Virus record (IMG/VR): IMGVR_UViG_3300031466_000001
Location: 1 to 64,000 of that record
Reading direction: 5' to 3' (one strand)
DNA: 64,000 bases
Origin: a virus
Taxonomy: Duplodnaviria > Caudoviricetes
Program-made: the position numbers and the translations under genes
Notes under the pieces: generated by a model
The model's input: the letters and a program-made list of their open reading frames with translations, nothing else
The model's database searches: none
Told to the model about the DNA's origin: nothing
In this document: piece after piece, positions 18,501-26,352 of the stretch
How the letters are laid out: the number at the start of each line of letters is the position of its first letter
How positions within the stretch are numbered: position 1 is the first letter of the stretch

Positions 18501-21500
18501 AATCTATATTGCAAATAGCTGTTAGTCCTATAAGATTCATTGCTACTGCAATCGGTAAATTAGCAAACCTTGGTCCCAAAGAAGTAGTTGTCAAAGGCGG
18601 ATATCTTGATTATATTGGCAGAATTGGTTCAGAAGAAAAACCGTCGGCAAGAGATAGGATGGAACCCATCCGTGTAACTATTGCTGATGTGGAGAAATGT
18701 ATGCCGGTTTATCTCTGTGGTGATAAAGTAAGGGAATCTTTCGAAAAGATATTCCCCGTTCCTGTGCAAATTGTAAAAGAAGATGTCGAGGCTGGTAGTG
18801 GTGTGTCTAGAAGAGGTGCAGCTACTGCTACGACTGCTCAAGGAGAAGAAATTCCGACGCCCAATGTACAAAATCTGGCTGATTCTATTACTAAAACAAT
18901 GATTAATATTGATCGTGAAAACGATCGAGAAAAAATGATTGCTGAAGCTAAAGAAGAACGTAAAGCAAAGCTTGCTAATGTTACACGTAAAACAGCAGAA
19001 TATCAGAAAAACATTCTCGCACAGATCGAAGAGAAAGAATTCATGCGTAATGCAACAGAACGTCAAGTTAGCCTTCTTGAAAGAATTGCAAATTCCTCGG
19101 AAGAACACAAAAATAGCTGGTTAGACATCTTTGGACGTAAAGGTATTATTACCGCTGCACTTCTTATGGCACTACCGTTCGCTAAGAAGATATGGGATTG
19201 GCTTCGTGGTTTCTTTGGAAACGGTAACGATGGTGAAGGAAACCAATCTGGCGAACGTGCTATGGATAATGCCCTTAAGTACGGTGCTCAAAAAGTTCTT
19301 AAGCACGTACCTGCTAAAGCATCTATTGTGGCAGTTAAGGGAGCTTTCAACGTAGGTAAGAAAGTCGTAGATGTAGTAGGAAATAGTAAAATTGGAAAGG
19401 CACTGACATCCTCGGTAACTAATTTTGCAGAAAAAGTGTCGAATAAAGTTGCTTCCACACAAATGGGTCAAGTTGCTATTAGAACCGTTGATATAGTCAA
19501 AGAAAATGGACAAAGGGTTATGGATAATCTTAAGGCATTCTTCGAGAAATTATTTGACTACAAAGTTATCAAAGAAAAGATTGGTAACAACGGTAAGAAA
19601 ATAGTCGAAAGTATCATGAAGGAATTGTATAAATTTGCTAAGAATCCTACGTTCATTAGTAAAATGCTTAGTGGTATGGCTAAGGGTGCCGCCAAAGTTT
19701 CAGCATCCGTTTCCACCGCCGGACTCTTAGAAATTGGATTTGGCATTTGGAACTTTGCTACAGCCCTAATTAATAAGGGAGATGCTGCGTACCTATTCAA
19801 TGTTTATGAAAAAGATGTAACTCCGAAGATGAGACTCGTTGCATCTATCATGAAAACCATCTTAGGCGTAAGTTTTGTGTTTATATTAGAATTATTAAAT
19901 GCTGTTGTTGTTGAACTTACTCAGGGTAAAGTCAACGTTATTAAAATGATAGCAATGAAGATTTATGATGCTATCGCCGACGATGAAGCATATGAAAACC
20001 TCAAGGAAGCACAATTTAAATTTGAAAAAGACGCAGAAGAAGCTGGTTATAGTTTGTCTGCGTGGAACGAAAAGCAAAATAAAACTGCTGAGCGTAAAAT
20101 AGTTGATGCTACCAATACTGCATTGAAGAATATTCGGAATGTATCAAATAAAGCAGTACAGACTATCAAAACTGGATGGAATAATTTTTGGGGAATTGGT
20201 GGCGGAACTGATAAAGGAAATGTCATTGTAACAAATAATTATTATACGTATAATTATGGCAATGCTCCTTCAGGTGGAGGAGTTGGAGGTCCTGCGGATG
20301 TACAAAATATGGATCTAACCACTCCTTCAGCGCTGGATGTAAGTAAAAAATTATTCTCCGGTTGGAATATAACAAGTCAGTATGGTCCTCGTATAGATCC
20401 TATCGATAAGACCCCAGGAACGATGCACCGAGGGATTGACCTTGTAAGAGGATTTGATAGCCCTATTGGTGCATTCGTTGGTGGTACAGTAATCTATGCT
20501 GATGAAGGAAGATCAGGAACAGGGTATAATGGCTTAGGTAAAACAGTTGCAATTAGAGATGATTATGGATATACACACGTTTATGGACACCTTAATTCGA
20601 TTCGTGTAACAGTAGGTAGAAGAGTTCAGCCTGGTGAAGTGATTGGAACTGAAGGTACTACGGGTAGAAGTACCGGAAGTCACTTACACTATGAGGTTCG
20701 TCAAGGAAATTATGGAACTGATGTTGATCCTACTAAATATCTTATTTCTTATGCTAATAAATCACCGTTGTCGACATTAAACAATCTTAAATCTGCAGCA
20801 CTTGATACCGGATTTAATGTAGATAGTGCAAAAGAACTGAAAAATCAATTCGCAGAACTTTCTATTCTCGATATTTTCAGTAAGATGACAGAAAACTTCT
20901 CGTTATATGCAGAAAATATATTCAAAGGTCAAGCAAAAGAGTTTAGCCTGTTTGGTGAAAATGATTCTGATATAGCAGACTGGGTAACTGAAACTGGGCT
21001 GAATTTTACTCCTCTTTCCGTTAAAAATATTTCACCACAATGGCAACAAGCAATCGTCGATAAAGCTGTTGAACTTATCATAAAAGGTGAAGGCGGTAAA
21101 ATTGACGCAGTCACCAAGGATGTATCAGCAGGTAGTAGGACCCCGCGAGGCATGTCTCTTGGCCTAATGCAATGGAATGGTGAACGAGCTCGTTCTATGC
21201 TTCAAGAGGTTCACAACGCCATTCCTAATGCGGGATTCGCTAAATTTATAAACGATCAGTCACTCTGGACTAATAACTGGTGGCCGGATCACCTCATTGC
21301 AGAGTATAAATCCATCGTAAATCGTTATCCATACCAAGTTGAAGCGGTTCAACGTAGAATACTCGAAAGAGATGTATTAAACACAAATCTTAAACCAATA
21401 TTCCAGAGCGGTAAACTTACAGATCCTAGATCTATGGTATTGCTTGCAGATATCGGTAATACAGGCCCAGCTCATATTACTACATTCTTGAATAAATACA

Positions 21501-22159
21501 CACCTCCTTCCGGAAATCAACCGGAGTTCCCACATTTCTTCAATGAACTTAGGGAAAAGAGTTACTGGGGTAATCATATTAAAACCTATAAAAATCGACT
21601 CGACAGTGCATATACGACCCTTCAAAGCTGGAATCCCAACGTTGGTGGACAAGGTGGACCCAGTGAAACCCAAGACACAACAGAGCTTGCAAACAGGATT
21701 CTGGGTAACGTTAGCGAAGAACGGCTTAAAGCAATTAGGGCAAAAATCCCAACTCTTGCAGGTAGTGAATTTGTTGATTCCTTTAGGTCTATGCAAACTA
21801 GATCTATTAGGATTGAAGGTGCGGATGGAAATACCGAACTTATTGCTGAAGCCATTAAGGTCCTCAAGGAAATTGCTGCTAACACTGGTGCAACTTCTAA
21901 AGGTATTGATGAGCTCAGCGAAAAAGAACCAGTTATTAACATTTATACGTCTTCGTCCGATAGTAATAAAGCGTCAAATGAAGAGGAAACAAGAGTTGAA
22001 GTTGACAGTCAAGGAAATAGGAATATCTTTTTGAATGCAGCAAATACGATGTATAACGCTAATCCTATTCTTGGTGCTATGGATCAACTCAGAGATGGTA
22101 GAACTAGGTCAGAATATATCAAGGCTAAATCTATTGCAGCGGGTGGTAGATATAAATAA
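12560..22159 (+). CDS. Tape-measure-like tail protein with M23 peptidase and lysozyme-like domains
   Basis: 3199 aa; helical and Gly-zipper repeats; M23 motifs HRGIDL, VYGHL, STGSHLHYEV; lysozyme-like GEGG...SLGLMQWNGERA; lies among baseplate genes. Confidence 0.88.
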   Translation: MADLRRRNSQTGRFEKKSPAGLSWFKNVAKSLGFTSAELISHLAPSIHEFTTTNVEYGKELVKDIRELRPTGRKIKGVFDASTQIGILRTAIQNAIDDIKSGKIYNMDRINEVDGQDDFGGDFDFDVDFGVEDFNFDEKSSSTDSGKSDVVVPDVKVTVKNVTPPITKNNPMVKAVERQTQAIYETAKMTSDLNVKIAQNEMMMSHAQHGRTLSGLQTINDNIALLVNFHNESMSKYIGASLKYYEESINLLTQTVEELKKSTTAQLVNTSNRPEDPTRDVLLVHGGLNFRGYINMVKANFKKQLSENPFLSPLKSMFEDKMTLKYLAASPLSFISTKIVTTLIPKFLQDSLSNLDKSFSNFFPALFMRINRETLGSDNEFLRMLGEIFGFDVKSKTSVDLSKYNKGPVPFDGLVHKSITEVIPGYLRKILSALTGKEEVAFDFERGVWKSVSSMKKEFDSNREGIILNAFYDSIEELKQMAETFPLESKKDREAFLKGIDKFFINLADKNTLVNPNKKTDRYGIPTDELRNVYDFEGNTEMQRLFRQMVLSMSRTSQMRMFGAQLVDARRRLQDFMIDAEERPYVYNTNTLFNQLGFDTHLDKEKRDVEGNYIVKKGSGILNPADRLGFTSLDYLRDIKRILATGIRVFVAGGGLGRSGKQTADYNPQEKILKSMDTEETSFSIIEDRRNADTVRTFSDNDRRKYIASGQYPLSNFYDLSDKSDDEIRRMIQSRADYLNATKTPEQGNKVLGFLKGMLSPKAQDNITSIREKINDILQKPAELLKGVVDKIDQTLYTLIFGKTGDTEEPSFMSAVMAKMRETFGKFLKWTDEKVISPIHDRLFGKDGIFTKIKDSEFMKNFRKGFNRVADFFFGKQTGPDGKREGGMFSDVANSFADMWSGVKYYFTGRAYTDRAGRRFPDNTEKSVFGEVRSMFKSFRDSVKTYLFGKKGEGKEDSEKGILSGVFETLKQGFHNFSEAIFGPKSVRGMNPNETVQAMIKKIKERAPKTIAGGIVGGGIGLLAGGGLLGAMIGGPFGAAIIGSATAYLSQSDKFKDWVFGKMDKDGERIGGIISKSTQDFLKKNRLAILGGAGLGALKSILGFGLLPSFLLPGGPIGGAMLGIAGALAYRSEAFQNFLFGPKDADGKRSGGILHKAFGSNPQAKKILGNVGAGAISGTALGMVTSHMGLLGAMLVPGGPIGGAILGAAAGIALSSERWKTALFGDWDEKTGKRKGGLLGKFQNWFKLEVMEPLKLQFKEISINIKEWFTERIANPFREALAPIRKEFQNMTERLTKFFKDGWESFKSKIGEVFENHVGKPFGQFMKENVMDPLKRFFSRILGGIGKIFGAILSSPFKALSAIGEGLTERHKKQGLKKFLDDERDEMFSRRARHERFERGEKLGLFSHKDAEGNVIGPGILQRMFRNHFDKETRERAQTSQFGADYLKNPAVSDEEKAAQKEYFKNEREKLKLEREKLKVYRQLGLKYDYDNFTPEGQDISRIYDGLANARRTVKKGRKLSSLDDETFEKLTGFSLSSLFGKDITIASMSPEDRQTMIDIMNSKISGDRLQKFIMAKFGLVNKQQAGQDAIQLGPAQEAGESDTGGTVDDAADKITDAIREESPKGVIEKELIPEVKETNKTLKTIEGLLNAGRKFGKNVAGKFTLGNKLSKFMGTSDDDDVDGSHEDGLDNVPHDNYRANLHKGEAVIPADEAKKLRKGKTMLLADIATNVKIIAQEVKGQLDGVGSNVYKIRKILQQSQGIEDEDLTGSANRDRVGFWGKIRRAFFRPFDAIRNKIMQGIDFVVGKIRAFGDAVLKVGKAIIDIPVKIGKVIWDFTKHVGSVIKETALQLVRVPAIIGKLMLGAMEATVEAVKAVGPAIGKVISGVGSLIQGAAKMVSGALIGFGKGVGSLFEELGRGTGKFIGALANFSVSMATNIGKLLTGTTEAIIKFTTKTVSTAVDVTLGAIKTISEKVIDVGKSILQIAVSPIRFIATAIGKLANLGPKEVVVKGGYLDYIGRIGSEEKPSARDRMEPIRVTIADVEKCMPVYLCGDKVRESFEKIFPVPVQIVKEDVEAGSGVSRRGAATATTAQGEEIPTPNVQNLADSITKTMINIDRENDREKMIAEAKEERKAKLANVTRKTAEYQKNILAQIEEKEFMRNATERQVSLLERIANSSEEHKNSWLDIFGRKGIITAALLMALPFAKKIWDWLRGFFGNGNDGEGNQSGERAMDNALKYGAQKVLKHVPAKASIVAVKGAFNVGKKVVDVVGNSKIGKALTSSVTNFAEKVSNKVASTQMGQVAIRTVDIVKENGQRVMDNLKAFFEKLFDYKVIKEKIGNNGKKIVESIMKELYKFAKNPTFISKMLSGMAKGAAKVSASVSTAGLLEIGFGIWNFATALINKGDAAYLFNVYEKDVTPKMRLVASIMKTILGVSFVFILELLNAVVVELTQGKVNVIKMIAMKIYDAIADDEAYENLKEAQFKFEKDAEEAGYSLSAWNEKQNKTAERKIVDATNTALKNIRNVSNKAVQTIKTGWNNFWGIGGGTDKGNVIVTNNYYTYNYGNAPSGGGVGGPADVQNMDLTTPSALDVSKKLFSGWNITSQYGPRIDPIDKTPGTMHRGIDLVRGFDSPIGAFVGGTVIYADEGRSGTGYNGLGKTVAIRDDYGYTHVYGHLNSIRVTVGRRVQPGEVIGTEGTTGRSTGSHLHYEVRQGNYGTDVDPTKYLISYANKSPLSTLNNLKSAALDTGFNVDSAKELKNQFAELSILDIFSKMTENFSLYAENIFKGQAKEFSLFGENDSDIADWVTETGLNFTPLSVKNISPQWQQAIVDKAVELIIKGEGGKIDAVTKDVSAGSRTPRGMSLGLMQWNGERARSMLQEVHNAIPNAGFAKFINDQSLWTNNWWPDHLIAEYKSIVNRYPYQVEAVQRRILERDVLNTNLKPIFQSGKLTDPRSMVLLADIGNTGPAHITTFLNKYTPPSGNQPEFPHFFNELREKSYWGNHIKTYKNRLDSAYTTLQSWNPNVGGQGGPSETQDTTELANRILGNVSEERLKAIRAKIPTLAGSEFVDSFRSMQTRSIRIEGADGNTELIAEAIKVLKEIAANTGATSKGIDELSEKEPVINIYTSSSDSNKASNEEETRVEVDSQGNRNIFLNAANTMYNANPILGAMDQLRDGRTRSEYIKAKSIAAGGRYK

Positions 22160-22160
22160 T

Positions 22161-22208
22161 AAAAACATAGAGATAAGAGAGAAAATCTCTTATCTCTATG
22201 TATTTTTT
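22161..22208 (+). terminator. Intrinsic terminator
   Basis: ACATAGAGATAAGAG/CTCTTATCTCTATGT plus T-tract. Confidence 0.8.
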
Positions 22209-22228
22209 CCTCAGGGAGGGTGACAATA

Positions 22229-23977
22229 ATGGCTACAGTGGACTTAGACGTTCAATGTATAGTCCATAGCGTCAATATAAGGACGGGTCCGAGTACTTCT
22301 TTTAAAGTAACAGGAAAATATGTTATGCAAGGACAGATTGTTCGAGTAATTGAAAAAGATAATACAACCGGTTGGTATAAGCTCGCAGATGGTCGTGGTT
22401 GGATAACAGGTAGTAGTCAATATGTAAAGGTTGTTAAAAATAATGACCAACAAAAAACCGTAACTCCTACAGACACAAAAACTCCAGTTCCAAAGGAGAC
22501 AGAGCCTGTCAGAGAAACATCTTTGAGTACGGTAATGAGTCAGGGTTTAGATAAACGAATTGTGGAAATGCTATATAATTCAACGAATGCCAAACGTGGT
22601 AAGAATGAAATTGATGCCTCTACCCGTATTTTTGGCGGACCTCATCAATTCATAAGCCAGACTGACTTTAGAGTTACCGATGGTCAATTTCAATTAGGAA
22701 GAAAATTCTATGAAACGGTCTTTTCTGAGGCTCCAATTGTGTACTTTATGCCAGGTAAACCTAACTATTTGCCTGATATGGATGCAGATCAACGCTCGGC
22801 TTTTGTTCAATATATAGCAGGTAAGGATAGTGAGAACAAAGACATTCTTGACGCCATTTTGAATAATGACGGTGACTTTAGATATTTTACTTTTATTACA
22901 GACTATGCATCCTATATGAGATACGTCAATCTTCTTTGTAGATTTTGTGCTATTTATATGGGTCTAGGGGATGAAACAGCTCCAGGATCAACTGTAAAAT
23001 ATAAGTTCTATGATTGGAGTAACTATAAATTCCAATCATCGTATAGCAATCCTGACACGAAGGAACAATCTGGATTCTTTAATTTGAAAGAATTGAAGAC
23101 TGACCTCTATAAAGGTCTTTTTGGGGATTATCAGTACGTTCAATTTTTTGCAGATCCGACCCTTTCTTTTAATGAAAGTACTAGTAACAATACGTCTCAA
23201 TCTAAAATTGAGGGATTTTTCGATAGTGCTGAAGGTATTGTTAAAGAGCTTGCTTTTCTCTTTGATGCTGCTGCTATCAACAATAATGCTGAAGCATTAC
23301 AAAAGTTTGCTGGTGGTATCGAAGAGCTTAGTCAACATCTTTCGGGTAAGAATGAAAACTTTTTCTCTCGTTTATTAGGTATGACATCTAATGTTATCAG
23401 TGGTGCAAACTTACTCTTCCCGCAAATTTGGACAGATTCTATTTATAACAAATCGTATAACATAACAATAAATTTAGTTTCGCCTTATGGCCATAAAGAA
23501 AGCGTTTATTTAAATTGCATTGTTCCTTTGATGCATCTTATAGCATTGGCACTACCTAGACAGGCATCTGCCAACAGCTATGCTTCCCCGTTCCTAATTC
23601 GCGCTTTTGCGAAGGGATGGTTTACGTGTGAAATGGGTATTGTTGATAATATCGTAATTGAGAAAGGTGGACAAGGTTCCTGGACTATTGACGGGCTTCC
23701 AACAGAAATACGTGTATCTTTAGGGATCAGGGACCTTTACGCTAATCTCATGATTACTCCTAACTCTAAACCCTTTGCATTTTTCCAAAATGCTGGTCTG
23801 ATCGACTTCCTTGCGGTTACATGCGGTGTCGATATCACCAGGCCTCAATTCCGCATCCAATTAGAAGCACTCTTATACACTTTAACTAACTCTGTTATTG
23901 ACATTCCGTTTAACTTGGCGAGGGATACCATCCAAGCAATTAGAAGAAGACTTGATTTCTTTTACAAGCTTCAATAA
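22229..23977 (+). CDS. SH3b-domain baseplate / tail-tube-initiator-like protein
   Basis: N-terminal SH3b (VNIRTGPST...GWY...GWI), P/T linker, C-terminal tube-like motifs (FPQIW, CEMGIVDNIVIEKG, GLPTEIRVSLGIRDL). Confidence 0.65.
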   Translation: MATVDLDVQCIVHSVNIRTGPSTSFKVTGKYVMQGQIVRVIEKDNTTGWYKLADGRGWITGSSQYVKVVKNNDQQKTVTPTDTKTPVPKETEPVRETSLSTVMSQGLDKRIVEMLYNSTNAKRGKNEIDASTRIFGGPHQFISQTDFRVTDGQFQLGRKFYETVFSEAPIVYFMPGKPNYLPDMDADQRSAFVQYIAGKDSENKDILDAILNNDGDFRYFTFITDYASYMRYVNLLCRFCAIYMGLGDETAPGSTVKYKFYDWSNYKFQSSYSNPDTKEQSGFFNLKELKTDLYKGLFGDYQYVQFFADPTLSFNESTSNNTSQSKIEGFFDSAEGIVKELAFLFDAAAINNNAEALQKFAGGIEELSQHLSGKNENFFSRLLGMTSNVISGANLLFPQIWTDSIYNKSYNITINLVSPYGHKESVYLNCIVPLMHLIALALPRQASANSYASPFLIRAFAKGWFTCEMGIVDNIVIEKGGQGSWTIDGLPTEIRVSLGIRDLYANLMITPNSKPFAFFQNAGLIDFLAVTCGVDITRPQFRIQLEALLYTLTNSVIDIPFNLARDTIQAIRRRLDFFYKLQ

Positions 23978-24024
23978 AAGGGTGTGATGCACCCTTTTAT
24001 TTTTTTTATAGAAAGGATGATATT

Positions 24025-24690
24025 ATGAATAAAAAGGAATTAAGGGAGTATCGTGAAAAATATGGAAGTATTCCTAATGATTATTTTGATAGATTTCGAT
24101 ACATACTTGACGAACTTAGGGTATCAGACAAAGATCTTAAGAAAATTCGTGAAGGTTTGAGAAAACTTTTACAGACCGAATGGGATATATTAAACTTTGT
24201 ATTCTATTTCATACCCAAAGCTACTCCCCGAGCCAGACTCTCGCCAAAGACTAAAACTTTTTATGTGAGAAATGCAAGTTCAAATCATCAGCTATTTAAA
24301 GAATTCATCGAAAATGAAGGGCATAAATTTGATATTATAACAACACCATGTAAATTATTACTGGATCTTTATATGCCTATGCCATCAGGAATGACTAAAG
24401 AGGAAAAAATTTATGCTGAACTCAGACAAATTAGAGCGATATCAACACCTGACTGGGATAATGCTGGTAAAACATATTCAGATATGATTCAAAAGTCTCT
24501 TTTATTGACAGACTCTTTAATTTGTGAAGGTGTGGTTAGAAAATTTTATTCATTCAAGCCTCGCATTGAAGTTAAAATAGAAAGTATGAAGATGTATGAT
24601 TGTAAATATAATAAAAAGAAAATTGAAAGTTGGAAAATTTATCAGGAACTCGCAGATAAAATTGTGGAAAAAAGTTATATTTGTAAATAA
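24025..24690 (+). CDS. rusA: RusA-family Holliday junction resolvase
   Basis: PKATPRAR; PDWDNAGKTYSD (DxDN..K...D); KFYSFKPRIEV. Confidence 0.8.
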   Translation: MNKKELREYREKYGSIPNDYFDRFRYILDELRVSDKDLKKIREGLRKLLQTEWDILNFVFYFIPKATPRARLSPKTKTFYVRNASSNHQLFKEFIENEGHKFDIITTPCKLLLDLYMPMPSGMTKEEKIYAELRQIRAISTPDWDNAGKTYSDMIQKSLLLTDSLICEGVVRKFYSFKPRIEVKIESMKMYDCKYNKKKIESWKIYQELADKIVEKSYICK

Positions 24691-24756
24691 TTATTATTCG
24701 CAGTACATTTAATAAACATAAATAAAACCAGACCACACAGAGAGGGGTGTATTTAT

Positions 24757-25092
24757 ATGACTACACAACAACTTGGTCTCGACAACGAAAATGTGAAGGA
24801 AAAAATAAAGAGTCAACTTCGCATGGTACGCAAAGAAAAGATTGATAGCTTCAACATCCTCTCTAAGGTGGCTTACGATTTGAAGGATGTTTACACTATC
24901 ACAAAGAAGACAAATTGCGAATTGACCATAAAAGTTGATAAAAAACGCAAACCGGAAGAGATTGAATCCGAAGTAAGAAGATTTCTTACTTCTTATATAA
25001 ACAACGAGAATATAGATGTGGATCTTCTTTTCCGTATCATTGTAAGGGAAAATGATATTACTATTCAGACAAAAAGATATAATGAACGATAA
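24757..25092 (+). CDS. Hypothetical protein
   Basis: GAGGGGTG RBS; terminator at 25081-25123. Confidence 0.75.
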   Translation: MTTQQLGLDNENVKEKIKSQLRMVRKEKIDSFNILSKVAYDLKDVYTITKKTNCELTIKVDKKRKPEEIESEVRRFLTSYINNENIDVDLLFRIIVRENDITIQTKRYNER

Positions 25093-25123
25093 GGAGATTT
25101 AACTCCTTATCGTTCATTTTTTT
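25081..25123. terminator. Bidirectional intrinsic terminator
   Basis: AATGAACGATAAGGAG/CTCCTTATCGTTCATT between convergent genes. Confidence 0.85.
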
Positions 25124-25125
25124 AT

Positions 25126-26307
25126 TTAGTTCAAAAGTTTTTGAGAAATTTTTTGAATTTTTTGATAGTTGTAATCTTCGAGCATAATCGTAAATGCTAC
25201 TTCCATCAGAGTGTATTTTGTAATCGATTCCGCAAGAATGAGATCCATGTCGAGCTTGTACGAATCGTCATCAAGCGGATCTTCACTATCGTTTTCATAT
25301 TCATTCCTTTCGGTTTCAACCGAATATTCCCCACGTTTCACGTCAGACATTTTGTAAGGATGCCATTCATTACCTTTTATATCATCAACTTCATGGTTGA
25401 CGATCATATCGGTATCCATATTGGCATCGTAATTATCTTGATGGAGATATCCAGAATTTTGAGCCATAATGGATTCGAGGGCAATCTTATAGGTATTCCG
25501 GAAGATAGAATCAAACAGAGTCGATTCCTCATAGCCTTTACGGGCGGGAAGAACGTATGCGCGATATGCTTCTTCAACAGTCGTTCCGTCCATTTCAGCT
25601 TGTGCTTCGAGTTCTTTTTGAAGTTCTTCTTCTTTAATCTTACGTTCTTTTTCATCTTTGACGACCGTCAAGACCTTATCTTTAACAAGATCTGCAAGGT
25701 CGTCAATACTAAGATTGGCTTTTCTATACTTGAGTTCCTCTTTTTCTTCGTCGTTGAGTTCAAAGTTGATATCTTCAATTCCGATCTTCTTATCTTTACA
25801 TTCGCACATCTTACGAGTGCAAACTTTACCGGCAATGGATTCGCAGCACTCCATAATTGCTTTCAAAATAGGAGATTTTGTCCGTTGATATGCGGATTTA
25901 AGATACTCATAACCGCCATTTTTATCAACGAAAGATTCTATTACATACCGAAGATTTTCTTCTTGCTCTCTCTTGAACGGTTCGTCAAGAAGGAGAGATT
26001 TATAGAAGAATTCAAAGAGAATATCCTTGAAAATAATGTCTCGACCTTTTTTATTGAGGTCGTTAATTACAATTACAAGACGAGATTCAAGTAAAGAATT
26101 TTCAACCACCGATGAAAGGACTTTCTGTTCTTCTTTCCGCTTTTCAGCAGCTTCAATAGCCCGTTCAATTTCACGATTTTTTCTTTCGAGTGTAACATTT
26201 TCGAGAAACTTAGCAGTAACCACAGCCTCAGATACCATATCAAGCTGTGTAGGTTGTTTTTTTCCCACCGAGTGTCTAGTGACTTGTCTATTAAACATAA
26301 CTTCCAA
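25126..26307 (-). CDS. Putative virion head protein (late, Glu-processed)
   Basis: Late promoter at 26336-26347; several [ILV]xE-[SAN] motifs; start may be the ATG at 26298. Confidence 0.6.
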   Translation of the reverse strand: MEVMFNRQVTRHSVGKKQPTQLDMVSEAVVTAKFLENVTLERKNREIERAIEAAEKRKEEQKVLSSVVENSLLESRLVIVINDLNKKGRDIIFKDILFEFFYKSLLLDEPFKREQEENLRYVIESFVDKNGGYEYLKSAYQRTKSPILKAIMECCESIAGKVCTRKMCECKDKKIGIEDINFELNDEEKEELKYRKANLSIDDLADLVKDKVLTVVKDEKERKIKEEELQKELEAQAEMDGTTVEEAYRAYVLPARKGYEESTLFDSIFRNTYKIALESIMAQNSGYLHQDNYDANMDTDMIVNHEVDDIKGNEWHPYKMSDVKRGEYSVETERNEYENDSEDPLDDDSYKLDMDLILAESITKYTLMEVAFTIMLEDYNYQKIQKISQKLLN

Positions 26308-26335
26308 ACTCCTTCCGGGAACACCCCTATATTTT

Positions 26336-26347
26336 TAGTATAATGTT
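26336..26347 (-). promoter_or_regulatory. Late-type promoter AACA-N6-TA
   Basis: + strand TA GTATAA TGTT. Confidence 0.65.
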
Positions 26348-26352
26348 TTTCC

